The notes under the pieces: generated by a model
The model's input: only the letters and a program-made list of their open reading frames with translations
Told to the model about the DNA's origin: nothing
Databases searched by the model: none
Part shown: piece by piece, positions 43,540 through 58,600 of the stretch
How the letters are laid out: every line of letters begins with the position of its first letter
How positions within the stretch are numbered: position 1 is the stretch's first letter
Translations under genes and position numbers: made by a program
Origin: Eledone cirrhosa
Lineage: Eukaryota
Reading direction: 5' to 3'
Assembly (NCBI GenBank): GCA_964016885.1
Contig: CAXHJY010001198.1
Span: 2,025-66,024, forward strand
DNA: 64,000 bases

Positions 43540-46500
43540 CAATTACTGTCAATCCACTGCCCTAGACATGTGTGACGCTCTACCAATTACTGTCAGTCCA
43601 CTGCCCTAGATATGTGTGACACTCTACCAATTACTGTCAATCCACTGCCCTAGACATGTGTGACACTCTACCAATTATTGTCAATCCCCCGCCCTAGACA
43701 TGTGTGACACTCTACCAATTACTGTCAACCCACCGCCCTAGACATGTGTGACACTCTACCAATTACTGTCAACCCACTGCCCTAGACATGTGTGACACTC
43801 TACCAATTACTGTCAATCCACCGCCCTAGACATGTGACACTCTACCAATTACTGTCAATCCACTGCCCTAGACATGTGTGACACTCTACCAATTACTGTC
43901 AACCCACTGCCCTAGACACGTGTGACACTCTACCAATTACTGTCAGTCCACTGCCCTAGACATGTGTGACACTCTACCAATTACTGTCAGTCCACCGCCC
44001 TAGACATGTGTGACACTCTACCAATTACTGTCAGTCCACTGCCCTAGACATGTGTGACACTCTACCAATTACTGTCAATCCACTGCCCTAGACATGTGTG
44101 ACACTCTACCAATTACTGTCAGTCCACTGCCCTAGACATGTGTGACACTCTACCAATTACTGTCAGTCCACTGCCCTAGACATGTGTGACACTCTACCAA
44201 TTACTGTCAATCCACTGCCCTAGACATGTGTGACACTCTACCAATTACTGTCAATCCACTGCCCTAGACATGTGTGACACTCTACCAATTACTGTCAGTC
44301 CACTGCCCTAGACATGTGTGACACTCTACCAATTACTGTCAGTCCACCGCCCTAGACATGTGTGACACTCTACCAATTACTGTCAATCCACCGCCCTAGA
44401 CATGTGTGACACTCTACCAATTACTGTCAATCCACTGCCCTAGACATGTGTGACACTCTACCAATTACTGTCAGTCCACTGCCCTAGCCATGTGTGACTA
44501 CCAATTACTGTCAATCCACCTCCCTAGACATGTGTGACACTCTACCAATTACTGTCAATCCACTGCCCTAGACATGTGTGACACTCTACCAATTACTGTC
44601 AATCCACTGCCCTAGACATGTGACACTCTACCAATTACTGTCAATCCACTGCCCTAGACATGTGTGACACTCTACCAATTACTGTCAGTCTACTGCCCTA
44701 GACATGTGTGACACTCTACCAATTACTGTCACTCCACCGCCCTAGACATGTGTGACACTCTACCAATTACTGTCAATCCACTGCCGTAGACATGTGTGAC
44801 ACTCTACCAATTACTGTCAATCCACTGCCCTAGACATGTGTGACACTCTACCAATTACTGTCAGTCCACTGCCCTAGACATGTGTGACACTCTACCAATT
44901 ACTGTCAATCCACTGCCCTAGACATGTGTGACACTCTACCAATTACTGTCAATCCACCGCCCTAGACATGTGTGACACTCTACCAATTACTGTCAATCCA
45001 CCACCCTAGACATGTGTGACACTCTACCAATTACTGTCAATCCACTGCCCTAGACATGTGTGACACTCTACCAATTACTGTCAGTCCACTGCCCTAGACA
45101 TGTGTGACACTCTACCAATTACTGTCAATCCACTGCCCTAGACATGTGTGACACTCTACCAATTACTGTCAGTCTACTGCCCTAGACATGTGTGACACTC
45201 TACCAATTACTGTCAGTCCACTGCCCTAGACATGTGTGACACTCTACCAATTACTGTCAATCCACCGCCCTAGACATGTGTGACACTCTACCAATTACTG
45301 TCAATCCACTGCCCTAGACATGTGTGACACTCTACCAATTACTGTCAATCCACTGCCCTAGACATGTGTGACACTCTACCAATTACTGTCAATCCACTGC
45401 CCTAGACATGTGTGACACTCTACCAATTACTGTCAATCCACCGCCCTAGACATGTGTGACACTCTACCAATTACTGTCAATCCACTGCCCTAGACATGTG
45501 TGACGCTCTACCAATTACTGTCAGTCCACTGCCCTAGATATGTGTGACACTCTACCAATTACTGTCAATCCACTGCCCTAGACATGTGTGACACTCTACC
45601 AATTACTGTCAATCCACCGCCCTAGACATGTGTGACACTCTACCAATTACTGTCAACCCACCGCCCTAGACATGTGTGACACTCTACCAATTACTGTCAA
45701 CCCACTGCCCTAGACATGTGTGACACTCTACCAATTACTGTCAATCCACCGCCCTAGACATGTGACACTCTACCAATTACTGTCAATCCACTGCCCTAGA
45801 CATGTGTGACACTCTACCAATTACTGTCAACCCACTGCCCTAGACACGTGTGACACTCTACCAATTACTGTCAGTCCACTGCCCTAGACATGTGTGACAC
45901 TCTACCAATTACTCTTAGTCCACCGCCCTAGACATGTGTGACACTCTACCAATTACTGTCAGTCCACTGCCCTAGACATGTGTGACACTCTACCAATTAC
46001 TGTCAATCCACTGCCCTAGACATGTGTGACACTCTACCAATTACTGTCAGTCCACTGCCCTAGACATGTGTGACACTCTACCAATTACTGTCAGTCCACT
46101 GCCCTAGACATGTGTGACACTCTACCAATTACTGTCAATCCACTGCCCTAGACATGTGTGACACTCTACCAATTACTGTCAATCCACTGCCCTAGACATG
46201 TGTGACACTCTACCAATTACTGTCAGTCCACTGCCCTAGACATGTGTGACACTCTACCAATTACTGTCAGTCCACCGCCCTAGACATGTGTGACACTCTA
46301 CCAATTACTGTCAATCCACCGCCCTAGACATGTGTGACACTCTACCAATTACTGTCAATCCACTGCCCTAGACATGTGTGACACTCTACCAATTACTGTC
46401 AGTCCACTGCCCTAGCCATGTGTGACTACCAATTACTGTCAATCCACCTCCCTAGACATGTGTGACACTCTACCAATTACTGTCAATCCACTGCCCTAGA

Positions 46501-46780
46501 CATGTGTGACACTCTACCAATTACTGTCAATCCACTGCCCTAGACATGTGACACTCTACCAATTACTGTCAATCCACTGCCCTAGACATGTGTGACACTC
46601 TACCAATTACTGTCAGTCTACTGCCCTAGACATGTGTGACACTCTACCAATTACTGTCACTCCACCGCCCTAGACATGTGTGACACTCTACCAATTACTG
46701 TCAATCCACTGCCGTAGACATGTGTGACACTCTACCAATTACTGTCAATCCACTGCCCTAGACATGTGTGACACTCTACC
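43540..46780. repeat. Block repeated at 1928-bp offset
   Basis: GACGCTC 43577/45505 and TAGCCATG 44487/46415. 1928 = 44x44 - 8. Confidence 0.8.
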
Positions 46781-49700
46781 AATTACTGTCAAACCACTGC
46801 CCTAGACATGTGTGACACTCTACCAATTACTGTCAATCCACTGCCCTAGACATGTGTGACACTCTACCAATTACTGTCAATCCACTGCCCTAGACATGTG
46901 TGACACTCTACCAATTACTGTCAGTCCACTGCCCTAGACATGTGTGACACTCTACCAAGTACTGTCAATCCACTGCCCTAGACATGTGTGACACTCTACC
47001 AATTACTGTCAATCCACTGCCCTAGACATGTGTGACACTCTACCAATTACTGTCAGTCTACTGCCCTAGACGTGTGTGACACTCTACCAATTACTGTCAA
47101 TCCACCGCCCTAGACATGTGTGACACTCTACCAATTACTGTCAATCCACTGCCCTAGACATGTGTGACACTCTACCAATTACTGTCAGTCTACTGCCCTA
47201 GACATGTGTGACACTCTACCAATTACTGTCAATCCACTGCCCTAGACATGTGTGACACTCTACCAATTACTGTCAGTCCACTGCCCTAGATATGTGTGAC
47301 ATTCTACCAATTACTGTCAATCCACTGCCTCAGACATTTGTGACACTCTACCAATTACTGTCAGTCCACTGCCCTAGATATGTGTGACACTCTACCAATT
47401 ACTGTCAATCCACTGCCCTAGACATGTGTGACACTCTACCAATTACTGTCAATCCACCGCCCTAGACATGTGTGACACTCTACCAATTACTGTCAATCCA
47501 CTGCCCTAGACATGTGTGACACTCTACCAATTACTGTCAACCCACCGCCCTAGACATGTGTGACACTCTACCAATTACTGTCAACCCACTGCCCTAGACA
47601 TGTGTGACACTCTACCAATTACTGTCAATCCACCGCCCTAGACATGTGTGACACTCTACCAATTACTGTCAATCCACCGCCCTAGACATGTGTGACACTC
47701 TACCAATTACTGTCAACCCACTGCCCTAGACATGTGTGACACTCTACCAATTACTGTCAATCCACCGCCCTAGACATGTGTGACACTCTACCAATTACTG
47801 TCAACACACCGCCCTAGACATGTGTGACACTCTACCAATTACTGTCAACCCACTGCCCTAGACATGTGTGACACTCTACCAATTACTGTCAATCCACCGC
47901 CCTAGACATGTGACACTCTACCAATTACTGTCAATCCACTGCCCTAGACATGTGTGACACTCTACCAATTACTGTCAACCCACTGCCCTAGACATGTGTG
48001 ACACTCTACCAATTACTGTCAATCCACTGCCCTAGACATGTGTGACACTCTACCAATTACTGTCAGTCCACTGCCCTAGACATGTGTGACACTCTACCAA
48101 TTACTGTCACTCCACCGCCCTAGACATGTGTGACACTCTACCAATTACTGTCAATCCACTGCCCTAGACATGTGTGACACTCTACCAATTACTGTCAATC
48201 CACTGCCCTAGACATGTGTGACACTCTACCAATTACTGTCAATCCACTGCCCTAGACATGTGTGACACTCTACCAATTACTGTCAGTCCACTGCCCTAGC
48301 CATGTGTGACACTCTACCAATTACTGTCAATCCACTGCCCTAGACATGTGACACTCTACCAATTACTGTCAATCCACTGCCCTAGACATGTGTGACACTC
48401 TACCAATTACTGTCAGTCTACTGCCCTCGACATGTGTGACACTCTACCAATTACTGTCAGTCCACTGCCCTAGACATGTGTGACACTCTACCAATTACTG
48501 TCAATCCACTGCCCTAGACATGTGTGACACTCTACCAATTACTGTCACTCCACCGCCCTAGACATGTGTGACACTCTACCAATTACTGTCAATCCACTGC
48601 CGTAGACATGTGTGACACTCTACCAATTACTGTCAATCCACTGCCCTAGACATGTGTGACACTCTACCAATTACTGTCAATCCACTGCCCTAGACATGTG
48701 TGACACTCTACCAATTACTGTCAATCCACTGCCCTAGACATGTGTGACACTCTACCAATTACTGTCAATCCACTGCCCTAGACATGTGTGACACTCTACC
48801 AATTACTGTCAATCCACTGCCCTAGACATGTGTGACACTCTACCAATTACTGTCAGTCCACTGCCCTAGACATGTGTGACACTCTACCAAGTACTGTCAA
48901 TCCACTGCCCTAGACATGTGTGACACTCTACCAATTACTGTCAATCCACTGCCGTAGACATGTGTGACACTCTACCAATTACTGTCAGTCTACTGCCCTA
49001 GACGTGTGTGACACTCTACCAATTACTGTCAATCCACCGCCCTAGACATGTGTGACACTCTACCAATTACTGTCAATCCACTGCCCTAGACACGTGTGAC
49101 ACTCTACCAATTACTGTCAGTCTACTGCCCTAGACATGTGTGACACTCTACCAATTACTGTCAGTCCACTGCCCTAGACATGTGTGACACTCTACCAATT
49201 ACTGTCAGTCTACTGCCCTAGACATGTGTGACACTCTACCAATTACTGTCAATCCACCGCCCTAGACATGTGTGACACTCTACCAATTACTGTCAATCCA
49301 CTGCCCTAGATATGTGTGACATTCTACCAATTACTGTCAATCCACTGCCTCAGACATTTGTGACACTCTACCAATTACTGTCAATCCACCGCCCTAGACA
49401 TGTGTGACACTCTACCAATTACTGTCAATCCACTGCCCTAGACATGTGTGACACTCTACCAATTACTGTCAGTCCACTGCCCTAGACATGTGTGACACTC
49501 TACCAATTACTGTCAATCCACTGCCCTAGACATGTGTGACACTCTACCAATTACTGTCAATCCACCGCCCTAGACATGTGTGACACTCTACCAATTACTG
49601 TCAATCCACCACCCTAGACATGTGTGACACTCTACCAATTACTGTCAATCCACTGCCCTAGACATGTGTGACACTCTACCAATTACTGTCAGTCCACTGC

Positions 49701-52700
49701 CCTAGACATGTGTGACACTCTACCAATTACTGTCAATCCACTGCCCTAGACATGTGTGACACTCTACCAATTACTGTCAGTCTACTGCCCTAGACATGTG
49801 TGACACTACCAATTACTGTCAGTCCACTGCCCTAGACATGTGACACTCTACCAATTACTGTCAATCCACTGCCCTAGACATGTGTGACACTCTACCAATT
49901 ACTGTCAGTCCACAGCCCTAGACATGTGTGACACTCTACCAATTACTGTCAGTCCACTGCCCTAGACATGTGTGACACTCTACCAATTACTGTCAACCCA
50001 CTGCCCTAGACATGTGTGACACTCTACCAATTACTGTCAATCCACTGCCCTAGACATGTGTGACACTCTACCAATTACTGTCAGTCCACCGCCCTAGACA
50101 TGTGTGACACTCTACCAATTACTGTCAACCCACTGCCCTAGACATGTGTGACACTCTACCAATTACTGTCAATCCACCGCCCTAGACATGTGACACTCTA
50201 CCAATTACTGTCAATCCACTGCCCTAGACATGTGTGACACTCTACCAATTACTGTCAATCCACTGCCCTAGACATGTGACACTCTACCAATTACTGTCAA
50301 TCCACTGCCCTAGACATGTGTGACACTCTACCAATTACTGTCAGTCTACTGCCCTAGACATGTGTGACACTCTACCAATTACTGTCACTCCACCGCCCTA
50401 GACATGTGTGACACTCTACCAATTACTGTCAATCCACTGCCCTAGACATGTGTGACACTCTACCAATTACTGTCAATCCACTGCCGTAGACATGTGTGAC
50501 ACTCTACCAATTACTGTCAATCCACTGCCCTAGACATGTGTGACACTCTACCAATTACTGTCAATCCACTGCCGTAGACATGTGTGACACTCTACCAATT
50601 ACTGTCAATCCACTGCCCTAGACATGTGTGACACTCTACCAATTACTGTCAGTCCACTGCCCTAGACATGTGTGACACTCTACCAATTACTGTCAATCCA
50701 CTGCCCTAGACATGTGTGACACTCTACCAATTACTGTCAATCCACCGCCCTAGACATGTGTGACACTCTACCAATTACTGTCAATCCACCACCCTAGACA
50801 TGTGTGACACTCTACCAATTACTGTCAATCCACTGCCCTAGACATGTGTGACACTCTACCAATTACTGTCAGTCCACTGCCCTAGACATGTGTGACACTC
50901 TACCAATTACTGTCAATCCACTGCCCTAGACATGTGTGACACTCTACCAATTACTGTCAGTCTACTGCCCTAGACATGTGTGACACTCTACCAATTACTG
51001 TCAGTCCACTGCCCTAGACATGTGTGACACTCTACCAATTACTGTCAATCCACCGCCCTAGACATGTGTGACACTCTACCAATTACTGTCAATCCACTGC
51101 CCTAGACATGTGTGACACTCTACCAATTACTGTCAATCCACTGCCCTAGACATGTGTGACACTCTACCAATTACTGTCAATCCACTGCCCTAGACATGTG
51201 TGACACTCTACCAATTACTGTCAATCCACCGCCCTAGACATGTGTGACACTCTACCAATTACTGTCAATCCACTGCCCTAGACATGTGTGACGCTCTACC
51301 AATTACTGTCAGTCCACTGCCCTAGATATGTGTGACACTCTACCAATTACTGTCAATCCACTGCCCTAGACATGTGTGACACTCTACCAATTACTGTCAA
51401 TCCACCGCCCTAGACATGTGTGACACTCTACCAATTACTGTCAACCCACCGCCCTAGACATGTGTGACACTCTACCAATTACTGTCAACCCACTGCCCTA
51501 GACATGTGTGACACTCTACCAATTACTGTCAATCCACCGCCCTAGACATGTGACACTCTACCAATTACTGTCAATCCACTGCCCTAGACATGTGTGACAC
51601 TCTACCAATTACTGTCAACCCACTGCCCTAGACACGTGTGACACTCTACCAATTACTGTCAGTCCACTGCCCTAGACATGTGTGACACTCTACCAATTAC
51701 TCTTAGTCCACCGCCCTAGACATGTGTGACACTCTACCAATTACTGTCAGTCCACTGCCCTAGACATGTGTGACACTCTACCAATTACTGTCAATCCACT
51801 GCCCTAGACATGTGTGACACTCTACCAATTACTGTCAGTCCACTGCCCTAGACATGTGTGACACTCTACCAATTACTGTCAGTCCACTGCCCTAGACATG
51901 TGTGACACTCTACCAATTACTGTCAATCCACTGCCCTAGACATGTGTGACACTCTACCAATTACTGTCAATCCACTGCCCTAGACATGTGTGACACTCTA
52001 CCAATTACTGTCAGTCCACTGCCCTAGACATGTGTGACACTCTACCAATTACTGTCAGTCCACTGCCCTAGACATGTGTGACACTCTACCAATTACTGTC
52101 AATCCACCGCCCTAGACATGTGTGACACTCTACCAATTACTGTCAATCCACTGCCCTAGACATGTGTGACACTCTACCAATTACTGTCAATCCACTGCCC
52201 TAGACATGTGACACTCTACCAATTACTGTCAATCCACTGCCCTAGACATGTGTGACACTCTACCAATTACTGTCAGTCTACTGCCCTAGACATGTGTGAC
52301 ACTCTACCAATTACTGTCACTCCACCGCCCTAGACATGTGTGACACTCTACCAATTACTGTCAATCCACTGCCGTAGACATGTGTGACACTCTACCAATT
52401 ACTGTCAATCCACTGCCCTAGACATGTGTGACACTCTACCAATTACTGTCAATCCACTGCCCTAGACATGTGTGACACTCTACCAATTACTGTCAATCCA
52501 CTGCCCTAGACATGTGTGACACTCTACCAATTACTGTCAATCCACTGCCCTAGACATGTGTGACACTCTACCAATTACTGTCAGTCCACTGCCCTAGACA
52601 TGTGTGACACTCTACCAAGTACTGTCAATCCACTGCCCTAGACATGTGTGACACTCTACCAATTACTGTCAATCCACTGCCCTAGACATGTGTGACACTC

Positions 52701-54799
52701 TACCAATTACTGTCAGTCTACTGCCCTAGACGTGTGTGACACTCTACCAATTACTGTCAATCCACCGCCCTAGACATGTGTGACACTCTACCAATTACTG
52801 TCAATCCACTGCCCTAGACATGTGTGACACTCTACCAATTACTGTCAATCCACTGCCCTAGACATGTGTGACACTCTACCAATTACTGTCAGTCTACTGC
52901 CCTAGACATGTGTGAGACTCTACCAATTACTGTCACTCCACCGCCCTAGACATGTGTGACACTCTACCAATTACTGTCAATCCACTGCCGTAGACATGTG
53001 TGACACTCTACCAATTACTGTCAATCCACTGCCCTAGACATGTGTGACACTCTACCAATTACTGTCAATCCACTGCCCTAGACATGTGTGACACTCTACC
53101 AATTACTGTCAATCCACTGCCCTAGACATGTGTGACACTCTACCAATTACTGTCAATCCACTGCCCTAGACATGTGTGACACTCTACCAATTACTGTCAG
53201 TCCACTGCCCTAGACATGTGTGACACTCTACCAAGTACTGTCAATCCACTGCCCTAGACATGTGTGACACTCTACCAATTACTGTCAATCCACTGCCCTA
53301 GACATGTGTGACACTCTACCAATTACTGTCAATCCACTGCCCTAGACATGTCTGACACTCTACCAATTACTGTCAACCCACTGCCCTAGACATGTGTGAC
53401 ACTCTACCAATTACTGTCAATCCACTGCCCTAGACATGTGTGACACTCTACCAATTACTGTCAATCCACTGCCCTAGACATGTCTGACACTCTACCAATT
53501 ACTGTCAACCCACTGCCCTAGACATGTGTGACACTCTACCAATTACTGTCAATCCACCGCCCTAGACATGTGTGACACTCTACCAATTACTGTCAATCCA
53601 CTGCCCTAGACATGTGTGACACTCTACCAATTACTGTCAGTCTACTGCCCTAGACATGTGTGACACTCTACCAATTACTGTCAATCCACTGCCCTAGACA
53701 TGTGTGACACTCTACCAATTACTGTCAGTCCACTGCCCTAGATATGTGTGACATTCTACCAATTACTGTCAATCCACTGCCTCAGACATTTGTGACACTC
53801 TACCAATTACTGTCAGTCCACTGCCCTAGATATGTGTGACACTCTACCAATTACTGTCAATCCACTGCCCTAGACATGTGACACTCTACCAATTACTGTC
53901 AATCCACCGCCCTAGACATGTGTGACACTCTACCAATTACTGTCAATCCACTGCCCTAGACATGTGTGACACTCTACCAATTACTGTCAACCCTCCGCCC
54001 TAGACATGTGTGACACTCTACCAATTACTGTCAACCCACTGCCCTAGACATGTGTGACACTCTACCAATTACTGTCAATCCACCGCCCTAGACATGTGTG
54101 ACACTCTACCAATTACTGTCAATCCACCGCCCTAGACATGTGTGACACTCTACCAATTACTGTCAACCCACTGCCCTAGACATGTGTGACACTCTACCAA
54201 TTACTGTCAATCCACCGCCCTAGACATGTGTGACACTCTACCAATTACTGTCAACCCACCGCCCTAGACATGTGTGACACTCTACCAATTACTGTCAACC
54301 CACTGCCCTAGACATGTGTGACACTCTACCAATTACTGTCAATCCACCGCCCTAGACATGTGACACTCTACCAATTACTGTCAATCCACTGCCCTAGACA
54401 TGTGTGACACTCTACCAATTACTGTCAACCCACTGCCCTAGACATGTGTGACACTCTACCAATTACTGTCAATCCACTGCCCTAGACATGTGTGACACTC
54501 TACCAATTACTGTCAGTCCACTGCCCTAGACATGTGTGACACTCTACCAATTACTGTCAGTCCACTGCCCTAGACATGTGTGACACTCTACCAATTACTG
54601 TCAATCCACTGCCCTAGACATGTGTGACACTCTACCAATTACTGTCAATCCACTGCCCTAGACATGTGTGACACTCTACCAATTACTGTCAATCCACTGC
54701 CCTAGACATGTGTGACACTCTACCAATTACTGTCAATCCACTGCCCTAGACATGTGTGACACTCTACCAATTACTGTCAATCCACTGCCCTAGACATGT

Positions 54800-55690
54800 G
54801 TGACACTCTACCAATTACTGTCAATCCACTGCCCTAGACATGTGTGACACTCTACCAATTACTGTCAATCCACTGCCCTAGACATGTGTGACACTCTACC
54901 AATTACTGTCAATCCACTGCCCTAGACATGTGTGACACTCTACCAATTACTGTCAGTCCACTGCCCTAGACATGTGTGACACTCTACCAATTACTATCAA
55001 TCCACTGCCCTAGACATGTGTGACTACCAATTACTGTCAATCCACTGCCCTAGACATGTGTGACACTCTACCAATTACTGTCAGTCCACTGCCCTAGACA
55101 TGTGTGACACTCTACCAATTACTGTCAATCCACTGCCCTAGACATGTGTGACGCTCTACCAATTACTGTCAGTCCACTGCCCTAGATATGTGTGACACTC
55201 TACCAATTACTGTCAATCCACTGCCCTAGACATGTGTGACACTCTACCAATTACTGTCAATCCACTGCCCTAGACATGTGTGACACTCTACCAATTACTG
55301 TCAATCCACTGCCCTAGACATGTGTGACACTCTACCAATTACTGTCAGTCCACTGCCCTAGACATGTGTGACACTCTACCAATTACTATCAATCCACTGC
55401 CCTAGACATGTGTGACTACCAATTACTGTCAATCCACTGCCCTAGACATGTGTGACACTCTACCAATTACTGTCAGTCCACTGCCCTAGACATGTGTGAC
55501 ACTCTACCAATTACTGTCAATCCACTGCCCTAGACATGTGTGACGCTCTACCAATTACTGTCAGTCCACTTCCCTAGATATGTGTGACACTCTACCAATT
55601 ACTGTCAATCCACTGCCCTAGACATGTGTGACACTCTACCAATTACTGTCAATCCACTGCCCTAGACATGTGTGACACTCTACCAATTAC
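54800..55690. repeat. 392-bp (9-monomer) tandem duplication
   Basis: ACTATC 54996/55388 and GACGCTC 55153/55545. 392 = 9x44 - 4. Confidence 0.88.
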
Positions 55691-58600
55691 TGTCAGTCTA
55701 CTGCCCTAGACGTGTGTGACACTACCAATTACTGTCAATCCACCGCCCTAGACATGTGTGACACTCTACCAATTACTGTCAATCCACTGCCCTAGACATG
55801 TGTGACACTCTACCAATTACTGTCAATCCACTGCCCTAGACATGTGTGACACTCTACCAATTACTGTCAGTCTACTGCCCTAGACATGTGTGACACTCTA
55901 CCAATTACTGTCAATCCACTGCCGTAGACATGTGTGACACTCTACCAATTACTGTCAATCCACTGCCCTAGACATGTGTGACACTCTACCAATTACTGTC
56001 AATCCACTGCCCTAGACATGTGACACTCTACCAATTACTGTCAATCCACTGCCCTAGACATGTGTGACACTCTACCAATTACTGTCAATCCACTGCCCTA
56101 GACATGTGTGACACTCTACCAATTACTGTCAGTCCACTGCCCTAGACATGTGTGACACTCTACCAAGTACTGTCAATCCACTGCCCTAGACATGTGTGAC
56201 ACTCTACCAATTACTGTCAATCCACTGCCCTAGACATGTGTGACACTCTACCAATTACTGTCAATCCACTGCCCTAGACATGTCTGACACTCTACCAATT
56301 ACTGTCAACCCACTGCCCTAGACATGTGTGACACTCTACCAATTACTGTCAATCCACTGCCCTAGACATGTGTGACACTCTACCAATTACTGTCAATCCA
56401 CTGCCCTAGACATGTCTGACACTCTACCAATTACTGTCAACCCACTGCCCTAGACATGTGTGACACTCTACCAATTACTGTCAATCCACCGCCCTAGACA
56501 TGTGTGACACTCTACCAATTACTGTCAATCCACTGCCCTAGACATGTGTGACACTCTACCAATTACTGTCAGTCTACTGCCCTAGACATGTGTGACACTC
56601 TACCAATTACTGTCAATCCACTGCCCTAGACATGTGTGACACTCTACCAATTACTGTCAGTCCACTGCCCTAGATATGTGTGACATTCTACCAATTACTG
56701 TCAATCCACTGCCTCAGACATTTGTGACACTCTACCAATTACTGTCAGTCCACTGCCCTAGATATGTGTGACACTCTACCAATTACTGTCAATCCACTGC
56801 CCTAGACATGTGTGACACTCTACCAATTACTGTCAATCCACCGCCCTAGACATGTGTGACACTCTACCAATTACTGTCAATCCACTGCCCTAGACATGTG
56901 TGACACTCTACCAATTACTGTCAACCCACCGCCCTAGACATGTGTGACACTCTACCAATTACTGTCAACCCACTGCCCTAGACATGTGTGACACTCTACC
57001 AATTACTGTCAATCCACCGCCCTAGACATCTGTGACACTCTACCAATTACTGTCAATCCACCGCCCTAGACATGTGTGACACTCTACCAATTACTGTCAA
57101 CCCACTGCCCTAGACATGTGTGACACTCTACCAATTACTGTCAATCCACCGCCCTAGACATGTGTGACACTCTACCAATTACTGTCAACCCACCGCCCTA
57201 GACATGTGTGACACTCTACCAATTACTGTCAACCCACTGCCCTAGACATGTGTGACACTCTACCAATTACTGTCAATCCACCGCCCTAGACATGTGACAC
57301 TCTACCAATTACTGTCAATCCACTGCCCTAGACATGTGTGACACTCTACCAATTACTGTCAACCCACTGCCCTAGACATGTGTGACACTCTACCAATTAC
57401 TGTCAATCCACTGCCCTAGACATGTGTGACACTCTACCAATTACTGTCAGTCCACTGCCCTAGACATGTGTGACACTCTACCAATTACTGTCAGTCCACT
57501 GCCCTAGACATGTGTGACACTCTACCAATTACTGTCAATCCACTGCCCTAGACATGTGTGACACTCTACCAATTACTGTCAATCCACTGCCCTAGACATG
57601 TGTGACACTCTACCAATTACTGTCAATCCACTGCCCTAGACATGTGTGACACTCTACCAATTACTGTCAGTCCACTGCCCTAGCCATGTGTGACACTCTA
57701 CCAATTACTGTCAATCCACTGCCCTAGACATGTGACACTCTACCAATTACTGTCAATCCACTGCCCTAGACATGTGTGACACTCTACCAATTACTGTCAG
57801 TCTACTGCCCTCGACATGTGTGACACTCTACCAATTACTGTCAGTCCACTGCCCTAGACATGTGTGACACTCTACCAATTACTGTCAATCCACTGCCCTA
57901 GACATGTGTGACACTCTACCAATTACTGTCACTCCACCGCCCTAGACATGTGTGACACTCTACCAATTACTGTCAATCCACTGCCATAGACATGTGTGAC
58001 ACTCTACCAATTACTGTCAATCCACTGCCCTAGACATGTGTGACACTCTACCAATTACTGTCAATCCACTGCCCTAGACATGTGTGACACTCTACCAATT
58101 ACTGTCAATCCACTGCCCTAGACATGTGTGACACTCTACCAATTACTGTCAATCCACTGCCCTAGACATGTGTGACACTCTACCAATTACTGTCAATCCA
58201 CTGCCCTAGACATGTGTGACACTCTACCAATTACTGTCAGTCCACTGCCCTAGACATGTGTGACACTCTACCAAGTACTGTCAATCCACTGCCCTAGACA
58301 TGTGTGACACTCTACCAATTACTGTCAATCCACTGCCGTAGACATGTGTGACACTCTACCAATTACTGTCAGTCTACTGCCCTAGACGTGTGTGACACTC
58401 TACCAATTACTGTCAATCCACCGCCCTAGACATGTGTGACACTCTACCAATTACTGTCAATCCACTGCCCTAGACACGTGTGACACTCTACCAATTACTG
58501 TCAGTCTACTGCCCTAGACATGTGTGACACTCTACCAATTACTGTCAGTCCACTGCCCTAGACATGTGTGACACTCTACCAATTACTGTCAGTCTACTGC

